64,000 nt of DNA from an uncultured delta proteobacterium (GTDB lineage Bacteria; Myxococcota_A; Polyangia; Polyangiales; Polyangiaceae). How positions within the stretch are numbered: the stretch's first letter is position 1; every line of letters starts with the position of its first letter. The translations under genes were made by a program, and so were the position numbers. The stretch spans positions 576,001 through 640,000 of the forward strand of contig CAWAIF010000003.1 of the NCBI GenBank assembly GCA_963782055.1, read 5' to 3'. Shown here piece after piece: positions 11,673 to 21,054 of the stretch. A model generated the notes under the pieces. That model was not told the DNA's origin. It worked only from the letters and a program-made list of their open reading frames with translations, and did no database searches.

Positions 11673-12572
11673 GTGCGCACGGGCTGGCTCGCGATCCTCT
11701 GGCTCCTCTCTCCGGGGGCGGCGCTCGCCGACGAGCCGGCGCGGCCGGTGACGCTGCCCGCCCTCACCCACCCGCACCCCGAGGTGTCGACCGACACCAC
11801 GCTCGCGTCGGTCCTCTTCCGCGGCGGCGGCGCGGACCGCGCCACCTACTCGCACGTGGAGCGCGTCGCGGTGGAGGTGCCCATCATCGCGCCGCACTGG
11901 TACGCGGGCGCCGGCTACGACGCGGCGTTCGGGACCGCGCCGCTCGGGGGGACGCTGCTCATCTCCGGCAACCCCGAGTTCTGGTGGCGCGGCGTGTGGT
12001 CGTCGCCCTACGGCCTCGCCTTCGGCGGCGGCATCGCGGCGGTCATCCCGACGCTCTCGTTCGCGCCGGACGGCGGGCCGGGCGCCTCGGTCGCGGCGGG
12101 CGCCGTGGCCTCCCGCGGCTGGGAGCGCGCGCTCTTCGACCCGCAGTTCGCCACTGTGCGTCCCTTCCTCGACATGCGCTTCATCTCCGGCATCCTGACG
12201 CTGCAGTATCGCCAGTCGCTGGAGGCCGCGACCAACTTCTCCAGCCTGACCACGTACCGGATGGCCGCTGTCGGCACGCTGGACATGGCGCTGCGCGTCT
12301 CCCGGCTGGTGTCGGTCGCGGGGGAGCTCATCGAGTACTACCGGCTGGAGTCGGGCATCAGCGACGCCGACCGCTCGTACCTGGCCGTGGGCGCCCACGT
12401 GCGCCTGTCCACCCGCTACTACCAGCCGAGCATCGGCCTGGTGACCAACATCGGCTCCCCGCTCGACACCATCGCGCAGGTGGGTGGCGCGCCGGTCTCC
12501 ACCTCGCCGGCGGCGTTCGTGGGGCTGCGCATCGGCATCACGTTCCCCATCGCGCGCGCTGGCTCAGACTGA
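11673..12572 (+). CDS. Exported hypothetical protein, possibly an outer-membrane beta-barrel
   Basis: Signal peptide (GAALA), alternating aromatic/aliphatic strands, GC3-biased frame. Confidence 0.65.
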   Translation: MRTGWLAILWLLSPGAALADEPARPVTLPALTHPHPEVSTDTTLASVLFRGGGADRATYSHVERVAVEVPIIAPHWYAGAGYDAAFGTAPLGGTLLISGNPEFWWRGVWSSPYGLAFGGGIAAVIPTLSFAPDGGPGASVAAGAVASRGWERALFDPQFATVRPFLDMRFISGILTLQYRQSLEAATNFSSLTTYRMAAVGTLDMALRVSRLVSVAGELIEYYRLESGISDADRSYLAVGAHVRLSTRYYQPSIGLVTNIGSPLDTIAQVGGAPVSTSPAAFVGLRIGITFPIARAGSD

Positions 12573-13538
12573 GAGCACGACCTTGCCGAAGGTCTCGTTG
12601 CTCCCGAGCAGCGCGTGCGCGCCGGCGGCCTCCGCGAGGGGCATGACGCGGTCGACCACCGCCCGCAGCCTCCCCGACGCGAAGAGCGGGACCACGTGCT
12701 CCTCGAAGACGCGTGCCGCGTCGATCTTCTCCTCCAGCGGGCGGGCGCGCAGCATGGTGCCGCGCACCTCCAGGCGCTTGCCAAGCACCAGCGCGAGATC
12801 CAGGTCGACGCGCGCCCCCGCCATCAACCCCACGAGGACGATGCGCCCTCGCGGCCGCACGCAGGCCAGGTCCTCGGCGAGGTAGGGGCCCCCCACCAGC
12901 TCCAGCACGACGTGCACGCCGCCGGTCGCCTTCTTCACCTCCTCGGCGAAGCGCCCGCCCGCGGCGACGACGCCCACCTGCAGGCCGAGCGCGCGCGCCT
13001 GCTCCAGCTTGCGCTCCGATCGCGCGGTGCCCACGGCGCGCGCCCCGATGGCCGCGGCGATCTGGATCGCGGCTGTCCCCACGCCGCTGCCCGCGGCCGG
13101 GACGAGCACCCACTCCCCCGCCCCGAGCCGCGCCTGCGTGACCATGGCGTCGTACGCGGTGATGAACGCCTCCGGCACCGCGGCCGCGTCGGCGAAGCTC
13201 ATCGCCTCCGGGATGTGCGCCAGCGTCCGCTCGTGCGCCACGACGTGCTCGGCGTAGGCGCCGCCGCCGACCAGGCCGAAGACCCTGTCGCCCACCGCCA
13301 GCCGCTCGACGCCCTCGCCCAGCGCGTCCACCTCCCCGGCCAGCTCCAGGCCGGGGATGTCGGCGGGCACGCCAGGGGGCGCGGGGTACGCACCCATCCG
13401 CTGGAGCAGGTCCGCGCGGTTGACCGCCGTCGCGCGCACGCGCACGCGCACCTCGCCGCGGGAAGGCACGGGCGAGGGGACCTCGCGGAGCTGCAGCACC
13501 TCCGGCCCTCCTGGCCGCGTGACGACAATCGCGTGCAT
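12564..13538 (-). CDS. NAD(P)H:quinone oxidoreductase, MDR/PIG3 family
   Basis: GGPEVL, VNRAD, PGLE.AG, SGVGTAAIQ, GKVVL. Confidence 0.92.
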   Translation of the reverse strand: MHAIVVTRPGGPEVLQLREVPSPVPSRGEVRVRVRATAVNRADLLQRMGAYPAPPGVPADIPGLELAGEVDALGEGVERLAVGDRVFGLVGGGAYAEHVVAHERTLAHIPEAMSFADAAAVPEAFITAYDAMVTQARLGAGEWVLVPAAGSGVGTAAIQIAAAIGARAVGTARSERKLEQARALGLQVGVVAAGGRFAEEVKKATGGVHVVLELVGGPYLAEDLACVRPRGRIVLVGLMAGARVDLDLALVLGKRLEVRGTMLRARPLEEKIDAARVFEEHVVPLFASGRLRAVVDRVMPLAEAAGAHALLGSNETFGKVVLSV

Positions 13539-13586
13539 CAGCGCTCCTGCCCGGAGTCGGGCCGCCGGCCGGCCCGGGGCCGGCGC

Positions 13587-14390
13587 TCAGTGGTTTCTCG
13601 CATGCTCCAGGCACAGGTTACGCGGTTTGCCGCCGCACTTCTCGCAGGAGCAGACGCGGATGTCGGCGCCATCGTCCTCGCTCACGTCGCAGATGGCGCA
13701 GCGCCGGCCGCCCGTCGCCCTGGCGGGCGGCGCCGACTGCGCGCGCCGCGCCGACTGTCGCACCCGCAAGTTGCGCGACTTCCAGTAATCCCGCCAGAAG
13801 CCGGTGAAGAAGAGGACGTAGTTGCCGGTCGCCGCGAAGATGGCGGCGCGCGCCACCCAGTCCCCCGAGATGAACTGCCAGACCAGCAGCACGCCGGCGA
13901 GGATGCCCAGCCACTTCACCTTCACCGGGATGATGAGGAACATGTAGACGACGAAGTCGGGGAAGAGCGTCGCGAAGGCGAGGAAGAGCGACTCGTTGAT
14001 GAAGGTGTTGCCCACCGCGCCGCCCGTCACCAGCGCGGCGATCGTCGTGCCCACCATGCCGATGAGGTAGAAGGCGTTGAACTTGAACGCGCCCCACTCG
14101 TTCTCCAGGTTGGTCCCGATCAACCAGATGAAGTACAGGACGAAGAGCATCACGATGGGCCGGGGGAGGCCGCACATGTCGCCGGGGGGCGGGAGGAAGA
14201 GGTAGGTGATGAGCCGCCAGACCTGCCCGTGGCGGACCTGCGCCAGGTCGAGCGTGAGCAGGCCCTCGAAGCGCGGGCGGATCATGCCCAGCACGAAGAC
14301 GACCGCCATCCCCGCGACGATGACGAAGGCCAGGTTGGGGATGGCGAAGCGACCGATGCGACGCTCGAGCCGCGCGAGGAGGCGGTCCAT
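13587..14390 (-). CDS. Rhomboid/Derlin-like membrane protein with C-terminal Cys/His Zn-binding domain
   Basis: GQVWRLITYLF (WR motif), about 6 TMs, PVKVKW; tail CAIC...CSCEKC...CLEH. Confidence 0.75.
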   Translation of the reverse strand: MDRLLARLERRIGRFAIPNLAFVIVAGMAVVFVLGMIRPRFEGLLTLDLAQVRHGQVWRLITYLFLPPPGDMCGLPRPIVMLFVLYFIWLIGTNLENEWGAFKFNAFYLIGMVGTTIAALVTGGAVGNTFINESLFLAFATLFPDFVVYMFLIIPVKVKWLGILAGVLLVWQFISGDWVARAAIFAATGNYVLFFTGFWRDYWKSRNLRVRQSARRAQSAPPARATGGRRCAICDVSEDDGADIRVCSCEKCGGKPRNLCLEHARNH

Positions 14391-14443
14391 GCGCCGTGTT
14401 CTACCAACTCTTTCGCGCCGCCGCCCGCGGTCTTTCCCGAGGC

Positions 14444-15022
14444 TCAGTTCTTGGGCGCGCCGCACTCCACCCAGGTCTGCACGGTGGTCATGTCGGTGGG
14501 GGACATCGGCCCGGTGGCGAGGGTGTTGTCCTGCGCGGGCATCTGCAGCGAGCCGCAGCTCCCCTGCACGTTGCACAGGAAGCTGGAGTCGGTGCTGCTC
14601 GTCGAGCACGGGTTGAAGTACGGCTTGCCGCCGATCATGTAGCTCGTCAGGGTCAGGTACGCCTCGTCAGGGTCGGCGATCTGCGGCGTGTACGACGTGC
14701 CGCCGTGGCACTTGGCGTCGGCGCACTTCCACGTGCCGGCGGCGCTCATCATCGGCCAGATGTCCTTGGAGTAGCTCACCGCGCACGTGCCGGAGTCGAT
14801 CGGCCCCTGACCGTTGCAGAGCGCCGCGGCGTCGCCGGCGTCCAGCGAGGGCGCCGGAGGGGTAGGCAGGTTGCCCTTGGAGAGGCCGGAGTGCGGCCCG
14901 TAGTGCGTGTTGGTCTCCAGGTCGCAGCCGAACGCCCAGCCGGCCGCGCAACCGAAGGCCAGACCGAGGACACCCAGGCGAAGGCCGAGCGGTGGGCGGC
15001 GTGGGCGGAGAGTGTGGCTCAT
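14444..15022 (-). CDS. Putative monoheme c-type cytochrome lipoprotein (CX4CH)
   Basis: Lipobox AFGC; VSYSKDIWP...CADAKCH...QMP...TWVECGA, resembling the planctomycete-type cytochrome domain pattern. Confidence 0.65.
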   Translation of the reverse strand: MSHTLRPRRPPLGLRLGVLGLAFGCAAGWAFGCDLETNTHYGPHSGLSKGNLPTPPAPSLDAGDAAALCNGQGPIDSGTCAVSYSKDIWPMMSAAGTWKCADAKCHGGTSYTPQIADPDEAYLTLTSYMIGGKPYFNPCSTSSTDSSFLCNVQGSCGSLQMPAQDNTLATGPMSPTDMTTVQTWVECGAPKN

Positions 15023-15234
15023 GGCGCTGCCGCATTGTGGAAGCACCAAGCGTTCCGGCGCAAGGCGGTCCTTCGTCGGGGCGGAATGGGGCCGGATCGT
15101 TTGCCTGCCAACGATCGACGGGTCCAGCAGGCTGGTTCACCTGTGATCCAGGTGCGGTCCGGGATGGAACCACGTCGGCCGCCCGAGGGGGCGGATCCCG
15201 CAGGGAAATGCCATGGCCGCGGGCCCGGAGTGGT

Positions 15235-15250
15235 TGGCGCGTGTCGTGCA
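15235..15250 (+). promoter_or_regulatory. Putative sigma54 -24/-12 promoter
   Basis: TGGCGCGTGTCGTGCA has exact GG-N10-GC spacing; followed by a GGAGAAGGAG RBS and ATG at 15277. Confidence 0.6.
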
Positions 15251-15276
15251 AAAGCCTGAAGGAGAAGGAGTCGACG

Positions 15277-15501
15277 ATGCGGACCTCCCGGAACCTCCAC
15301 CTGCTGCTCGCCGTCCTCGCCGTGCTGGGCGTGGCGGCCACCGGATGCGCGACCGTCGCCCCGTACCAGCGGGGAACGCTCGCCAAGCCCTCCATGACCC
15401 CCGAGGACGTGGCCACGGGCTTCGACGCGCACGTCCGCGCCGTCTCGGAGGGCGCGGCCGGAGGCTTCGGCGGCGGCGGGGGCGGCTGCGGCTGCAACTG
15501 A
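15277..15501 (+). CDS. DUF4266-family small lipoprotein
   Basis: Lipobox ATGC, V.PYQRG.LA..M, terminal EGAAGGFGGGGGGCGCN. Confidence 0.88.
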   Translation: MRTSRNLHLLLAVLAVLGVAATGCATVAPYQRGTLAKPSMTPEDVATGFDAHVRAVSEGAAGGFGGGGGGCGCN

Positions 15502-15535
15502 TGCGGTAGGCGAGCGATTCCGCTACCGTAGCGCC

Positions 15536-17707
15536 GTGCTCCGCCTCCCGTACCGGCCAGCGTGGCTGGCACCGATGCTGTGCCTCGCTCTCGTGCTCGC
15601 GGTGCGGCAATCGTGGGCGGGCGGAGATGACGTCGCCGTGCTCTCCACAGTGCAGCAGGTCATGACGGAGGACTACACGTCCGCCGCCTTCGGCCCTGCG
15701 ACGGAGAAGCTGCGCGCCGCGCTGGAGCGCTGCAAGCACGGCCAGTGCACGGGGGCCACCCGGGCGCAGGTCTACATCGCCATGGGGATGGTGGCCTCGC
15801 AGCTCGGCCATGCCGACGAGGCGAAGACCGACTTCTCGTCGGCGGTCGCGGCGGACCCACGGGCGAAGCTGCCCAGCTCCGGGACCACGCCGAGCATCCG
15901 GTCGCAGTGGGCCGCGGCGAACGGGCCCGACGCCGCCCCTCCCCCCTCCGACCTTGTCGCCTCGCCGCCGCCCGCGGCCGCGAAGCCCACGCACGTCCCC
16001 GGCTGGAACAGCGTGGACGCCTTCCAGTTCGCAAGCGCGGGCCTGAAGGCGGATTTGGCGCACGACCTGCCTGGCTGCATCAAGAACGACAAGGCATCGC
16101 TCGAGCTGGAGGAGCAGCCGCGCACGCGCCTCCACCTCGCGAGCTGCGAGCGACGTTCCGGCAAGCTCATCGACGCCCTGCGCGACACCGAGAAGGCGCT
16201 GCAGGACGGCATCAAGAAGCGCGACCGGCCCGTCATGCGCGCCGCGCGCAAGCGCGTCACCGACCTGCTGCACCGCATCCCGCACGTGACCTTCGTGCCA
16301 CCGGCGGGCGTGAGCGATCTCTCGGTGACCTTCGACGATCGGCCGGTGCCGCCCGCCAGCCTCACCAAGCGCTTCTCCATCGACCCCGGGAAGCACGCCG
16401 TGCACGCCGAGGGCACGCAGGGCGGCATCCCGCTCTCCTTCGACAAGGAGTACGACGTCGAGGAGGGAGAGCTCGTCACCGTCCACATCACCCTCAAGGC
16501 GCGGACCTCCGAGTACCTGACACCCGGGCAGCTCAAATGCATGCTCGCGGCCAAGAGCCAGGAGGAGGTCGTCAAGTGCCTGCCGCAGGGGCGGAAGAAC
16601 CTGGCGGTCAAGGCGGGGATGGAGTTCAGCGCGTACAGCGACACCAACGCCGTCAACGTGGTGACGCCGGCGATCAACGCCAGCGTCTCCTCGCCGACGG
16701 CCGGGTGGAACGTCGGCGCGACGTACCTGCTGGACGTGGTCACCGCGGCCTCGCCGGACATCGTGTCGGAGGCCTCGCCGGTCTTCCGCGACAGGCGTCA
16801 CGCGGCGACGCTGACCGGCGGCTACAAGCACGGCATCTTCGCCGGGCAGGCGAACGCCGGCCTCTCCATCGAGAACGACTACACCTCGATCAGCGGCGGC
16901 CTCGCCCTCACCGCGGACCTGCGCGACAAGCTGCTCACCCCGCGCATCGCCTACAACTACTCGCACGACACCATCGGGCGCACCAACACCCCGCTGGATG
17001 TCTTCAGCCACCAGCTCGATACCCACGACTTCGACGTGGGGCTCACGATGGTGCTCTCCCCGACGACGATCCTCCTCGTCAGCGGCACCCTCCAGCTCGA
17101 GCGGGGCGATCAGTCCAAGCCGTACCGGTACATTCCCATGTTCGATCCGGCGACGGCGCGCCGCATCCCCGTGGGGGCGACGGTGGATCTGGTCAACCGC
17201 GTCCGCCTGCCCCTGCGACCCCTCGAGCAGCTCCCCACGTCGCTGGATCGCTACGCCGTCGGCGTGCGCCTCGCCCACCGCTTCCACGACACCGCGACGC
17301 TGCGCATCGACCAGCGCCTGTACGTCGACTCGTGGAGCATCCTCTCGACGACGACCGACGGCCGCTGGGTGCAGGACATCGGCAAGCGCCTCAGCGCGTG
17401 GCCTCACCTGCGCCTCAACGCGCAGACGGGCGCGAGCTTTTACCAGCTCGCCTACGCCGCCACGCTCAATCAAGATGGAAGCGTGACCGTTCCGCTCTTC
17501 CGCTCCGACGACCGCGAGCTCGGGCCGCTCATCACCCTCACGGGCGGCGGCGGCGCGCGCTTCGCCATCACGCCGCCCGACGCGCGCATGCAGGTGGGCA
17601 TCACCGCCCAGGCCGACGTGATGTTCACCCGCTTCTTCGACGCCCTCTTCGTGACCGCCCGCACGGCGGTGTACGGTACGCTGGGCATCGACGTGGAGTA
17701 CGAGTGA
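15536..17707 (+). CDS. DUF3570-family outer-membrane beta-barrel with N-terminal TPR/PEGA-like extension
   Basis: C-terminal half YSD...VVTP...LDVVTAASPD...ENDY.S...Y.DSW; follows the DUF4266 gene; N-half is helical plus IDPGKHAV. Confidence 0.8.
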   Translation: MLRLPYRPAWLAPMLCLALVLAVRQSWAGGDDVAVLSTVQQVMTEDYTSAAFGPATEKLRAALERCKHGQCTGATRAQVYIAMGMVASQLGHADEAKTDFSSAVAADPRAKLPSSGTTPSIRSQWAAANGPDAAPPPSDLVASPPPAAAKPTHVPGWNSVDAFQFASAGLKADLAHDLPGCIKNDKASLELEEQPRTRLHLASCERRSGKLIDALRDTEKALQDGIKKRDRPVMRAARKRVTDLLHRIPHVTFVPPAGVSDLSVTFDDRPVPPASLTKRFSIDPGKHAVHAEGTQGGIPLSFDKEYDVEEGELVTVHITLKARTSEYLTPGQLKCMLAAKSQEEVVKCLPQGRKNLAVKAGMEFSAYSDTNAVNVVTPAINASVSSPTAGWNVGATYLLDVVTAASPDIVSEASPVFRDRRHAATLTGGYKHGIFAGQANAGLSIENDYTSISGGLALTADLRDKLLTPRIAYNYSHDTIGRTNTPLDVFSHQLDTHDFDVGLTMVLSPTTILLVSGTLQLERGDQSKPYRYIPMFDPATARRIPVGATVDLVNRVRLPLRPLEQLPTSLDRYAVGVRLAHRFHDTATLRIDQRLYVDSWSILSTTTDGRWVQDIGKRLSAWPHLRLNAQTGASFYQLAYAATLNQDGSVTVPLFRSDDRELGPLITLTGGGGARFAITPPDARMQVGITAQADVMFTRFFDALFVTARTAVYGTLGIDVEYE

Positions 17708-18288
17708 TGCGCGCCCGCCCGCTGCCCCTGGTCCGGCACGCGCTGCCCGCCGCTCTGGTGGTCCTGGCGCTGCTCGCCGCGTGCAGCGACCCCGTCCCGG
17801 ACGGGGCGATCAGCGCGCTCGGCGACGAGAACCCGACGATCCCGGTGGGCGAGTACCACCGCGCCGGGCAGCCGTGCGTGCTCTGCCACGACTCCAGCGG
17901 GCCCGCGTCGGACAAGCCCTTCGCCGTGGCGGGCACCGTCTTCGCCCAGCCGAACAACGCGGAGGGCGTGGACCAGGCCACCGTCGCCATGACCGACACG
18001 ATGGGCTCGGTCTTCACGGTGAAGACCAACTGCGTGGGCAACTTCTTCGTCCCGCGCGGCGCGTGGGATCCGGCGTTCCCCATCTTCGTGCGCGTCTTCA
18101 AGGACGGCACCACCCGGACGATGCAGGGGCAGGTCGGTCGCGAACGCTCCTGCGCGAACTGTCACAAGGACGCGCTTACGCAGTCCGACCAGCTCACCAG
18201 CAAGGGCCACGTCTACCTGTACGAGGACGGTGACGCTGTGCCGCCCAACACCGATTGCCCCGTCAACCCCGTGGTGGGAGGCAATTGA
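17707..18288 (+). CDS. Diheme c-type cytochrome lipoprotein
   Basis: TGATG-coupled start; lipobox LLAAC; HRAGQPCVLCH and SCANCH. Confidence 0.82.
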   Translation: MRARPLPLVRHALPAALVVLALLAACSDPVPDGAISALGDENPTIPVGEYHRAGQPCVLCHDSSGPASDKPFAVAGTVFAQPNNAEGVDQATVAMTDTMGSVFTVKTNCVGNFFVPRGAWDPAFPIFVRVFKDGTTRTMQGQVGRERSCANCHKDALTQSDQLTSKGHVYLYEDGDAVPPNTDCPVNPVVGGN

Positions 18289-18836
18289 TGGTGCTCTCAC
18301 GCTCGCTCTCCGCCGCCGCGGCGCTGCTGGTGGGCGGCGGGATGGTCCTCGCCGCCGTCGGGATGCCCGCGTGCGCGGCGAGCACCACCTACGACGACGG
18401 CGGGATCCGCATCACCACCATCCTCGCGCCCGACCAGGCGCAGTTCGACGCCGTCAGCCCCGTGTTCGAGCGACGCTGCGGCACGCTGGATTGCCACGGG
18501 CAGGCGGGGCGCCCGCTGCGCATCTACAGCGGACGCGGGTTGCGGCTGCCGAACGACGGCGGGCTGGCGCCCGGCATCGGGGACACCACCGCCGCCGAGG
18601 TGGCGGCCAACTACCGCGCCGTCATCGGGCTGGAGCCGGAGGAGATGACGCGCGTCGTCGCCGGCGTCGATCCGCCGCGCACCCTGCTCATCCTGGCCAA
18701 GCCGCTCAACCTGGAGTCACACAAGGGCGGCCCCGCCTTCGCTCCCACCAACGATCCCGGCGAGGTCTGCTTCACCACCTGGCTGAAGGGCGCCGTCGAC
18801 CAGAACGCCTGCGCGAAGGCGATCGAGGGCCTGTAG
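18288..18836 (+). CDS. Putative monoheme cytochrome c (CX4CH), probable lipoprotein
   Basis: TGATG-coupled start; PVFERRCGTLDCHG...LILAKPLNLESHKGG...TWL. Confidence 0.7.
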   Translation: MVLSRSLSAAAALLVGGGMVLAAVGMPACAASTTYDDGGIRITTILAPDQAQFDAVSPVFERRCGTLDCHGQAGRPLRIYSGRGLRLPNDGGLAPGIGDTTAAEVAANYRAVIGLEPEEMTRVVAGVDPPRTLLILAKPLNLESHKGGPAFAPTNDPGEVCFTTWLKGAVDQNACAKAIEGL

Positions 18837-18884
18837 GTCTCCGTCGTCCAGCCGATCGCCACGAGCCGACGTTCACGCGCCCCA

Positions 18885-18923
18885 GAAAGCAAAAGACCCG
18901 CCCCCCATCAAGGGAGCGGGTCT
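18885..18923 (-). terminator. Intrinsic terminator of the minus-strand cytochrome/Tat operon
   Basis: Minus strand AGACCCGCTCCC-loop-GGGGGCGGGTCT followed by TTTGCTTTCT, 20 nt after the stop at 18943. Confidence 0.75.
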
Positions 18924-18942
18924 CGTGCGGGGGGGGTGAGGC

Positions 18943-20322
18943 TCAGGTCTGGACCGGGTTGATGATCCCGGTGATGGGACCGCCGCGGTAGAAGTCCTGC
19001 ACCCTGCGCAGGTCGCCCTTCGCCACGGCGTAGGCTGCCGCGGCCGCCGCGGCCGCCGCGGTGGCGCCGCTGCCCTGGTTGGCCTGGTTGCCCGTCGCCG
19101 GGTCGAAGCCCATGACGGTGCGCTTCGCCGTGACGCCGCCGAACCAGCCCGTCTTCAGGTAGCCGTTGCCGAAGACGTACATCCAGTTGGAGTTCTGGGG
19201 CGTGCCATCGGGCCAGCCGTTGCGGTTGGTCGGGTCCTTCGGCGTGTCGCCGTGGATGGTCATGACGATGCCGTCGGCGAGGGACTTGCCGCAGCCGGAT
19301 GGGTCCGGCGTCGCCGCGCAGTCCGCCATGAAGGCGTCGAAGATCTTCCCGAGCGCGACCACGTTGGCCTGGAGCTGGCCCATGTTGTTGAACGCGCCGT
19401 GCGGGTCGTCGCGCATGGCCGGGATGATGAGCGAGGAGGTGAGACCCAGCTTGAAGGCCTTCGCCGCGGTGCAGAGCGCGCGACCGATCTCGACGATGTT
19501 CGTCTTCGCGCCCGAGATGCCGTATCGCGTGTCGTCCGCCGCGCTGGGCTGGAGCTGGCTGGAGAGGTTCTTGCCCAGCAGGTTGGCGGCGACCTTGCCC
19601 GTGTCGCCCGGCTTCTGCAGCGTCTTGCGGCCGGCCGCGGCGTTCAGGTTGAGGAAGGCGCGGTAGTACGCGTCGTTCAGGTTGGACGCAGCCGGCGACT
19701 GGAGCAGCGTGCGGGAGGCCGCGCTGTTGAAGAGGTCCACCAGGCCGGAGGAGTTGGCCACCGTGGCGACGCCCGGCGCGCCGGGGGCGACACCGAAGAC
19801 GATCGGGTTGACGCCGATGACCGGCAGCAGCGTGGGGTTGGCCTGCTGGATGGCGGCGATGGCCGCGATCATGCCCGTGCCGGTCGAGATCGTCGCGGCC
19901 GACTGCGGCGTCGACGTGTGCGTCTCGTTGTTGCCGGCCATGAAGGCGCTGATCTGCTTCTTCGGCCCGAGCGTCTGGAAGGGCGACTCCGGCGCGTAGA
20001 CGAGCGGCTGGTCGGTGCCGGTGGCCTTCTTCGCCTTGCCGAGCGCGTGGAAGGCGGCGTTGTTGCCGCCGTTGAGCGCGACGTCGGTGTGGGGGAAAAG
20101 GAGCTGGAACCAGGCCAGCCCGCCGTTGCCCGCCACGAGGTGCACCGAGCGGTTCGTCGTCGGGCACGCGACCTGGTCGGCCAGCGCGGTGCCTGCCGTG
20201 TCAGAGACCACGTTCAGGAAGCGAGCTCGCTCGAGGCCGAGAACGGCGGCCACGGTGGCGCTCCACCGGAGGAAGTCGCGCCTGCCGCTTCCGCGAAGGT
20301 CCTTGAGTCGCTGGTCAGCCAT
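18943..20322 (-). CDS. Tat-exported DUF1501-like protein
   Basis: GRRDFL twin-arginine signal; GG..W, DDPH, GDTPKDP and GWFG motifs typical of DUF1501/DUF1552-like proteins; family tentative. Confidence 0.7.
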   Translation of the reverse strand: MADQRLKDLRGSGRRDFLRWSATVAAVLGLERARFLNVVSDTAGTALADQVACPTTNRSVHLVAGNGGLAWFQLLFPHTDVALNGGNNAAFHALGKAKKATGTDQPLVYAPESPFQTLGPKKQISAFMAGNNETHTSTPQSAATISTGTGMIAAIAAIQQANPTLLPVIGVNPIVFGVAPGAPGVATVANSSGLVDLFNSAASRTLLQSPAASNLNDAYYRAFLNLNAAAGRKTLQKPGDTGKVAANLLGKNLSSQLQPSAADDTRYGISGAKTNIVEIGRALCTAAKAFKLGLTSSLIIPAMRDDPHGAFNNMGQLQANVVALGKIFDAFMADCAATPDPSGCGKSLADGIVMTIHGDTPKDPTNRNGWPDGTPQNSNWMYVFGNGYLKTGWFGGVTAKRTVMGFDPATGNQANQGSGATAAAAAAAAAYAVAKGDLRRVQDFYRGGPITGIINPVQT

Positions 20323-20333
20323 GACGTTTCTCC

Positions 20334-21035
20334 TTACTCGCAGGTGTGAGCAGCCTCGAGGAGGCTTGCGATGGCGATCTGCTGGCCTTCGTCCATGGTC
20401 AGGCCCTGGTTCTGCGCCTCGGTCACGGCGTCGTTGGCGACGTTGACGTGGTCCGGGGTCGCCGGCTTGCCCATCAGACACGATAGACCATCCTGGGTGA
20501 ACTTGCCCTGCCCGTCGACGAGCTGCGTGCCGGGGCACGCGGTCATGTCGAGGGTGCCGTCCTTCATCTTCGTCTGGATCTCCATGGCCGCGGCCACGAA
20601 GATGTCGAACTGCTTGGACAGCGCGGCGGTGGAGGCGATGACCGCCTCCGGAACGCGCCCGGCGTAGTTGGAGGTGCCCAGCGCGGCCTTGCCGGTCTTG
20701 TAGAGCTGCGAGGCCGAGTTCTTCTGGGTGGAGCCCAGGTCGACGCCGCGCGACTGCAGGATCGAGCCGAGGCCGTCGTAGGTGATCTTGCTGCAGGAGT
20801 GCAGCCGGGCCACGACCTCAGGGGAGCCGATCTTCTCGTCCTCCGCCTTCACCTCGTTCGGGTCGCTGATGCCGTTCTCGCCCGAGTTGGGATCCTGGAA
20901 GTGGTGCTGCGTGTTGCCGTCCGCGGCCAGGGAGTTGGGGTCGATGTCGCCGATGAGGCGGTCGTTCGGCTCGGTCGCGCAGCCGAGGCTGGCGAGCGTC
21001 GCGCCGATGATCAGGGTCAGAGCCATGCGGTTCAT
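20334..21035 (-). CDS. Uncharacterised lipoprotein
   Basis: Lipobox SLGC; co-oriented within the operon with 11-19 nt gaps. Confidence 0.8.
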   Translation of the reverse strand: MNRMALTLIIGATLASLGCATEPNDRLIGDIDPNSLAADGNTQHHFQDPNSGENGISDPNEVKAEDEKIGSPEVVARLHSCSKITYDGLGSILQSRGVDLGSTQKNSASQLYKTGKAALGTSNYAGRVPEAVIASTAALSKQFDIFVAAAMEIQTKMKDGTLDMTACPGTQLVDGQGKFTQDGLSCLMGKPATPDHVNVANDAVTEAQNQGLTMDEGQQIAIASLLEAAHTCE

Positions 21036-21054
21036 CGCTGCTATCTCCCTTCCC

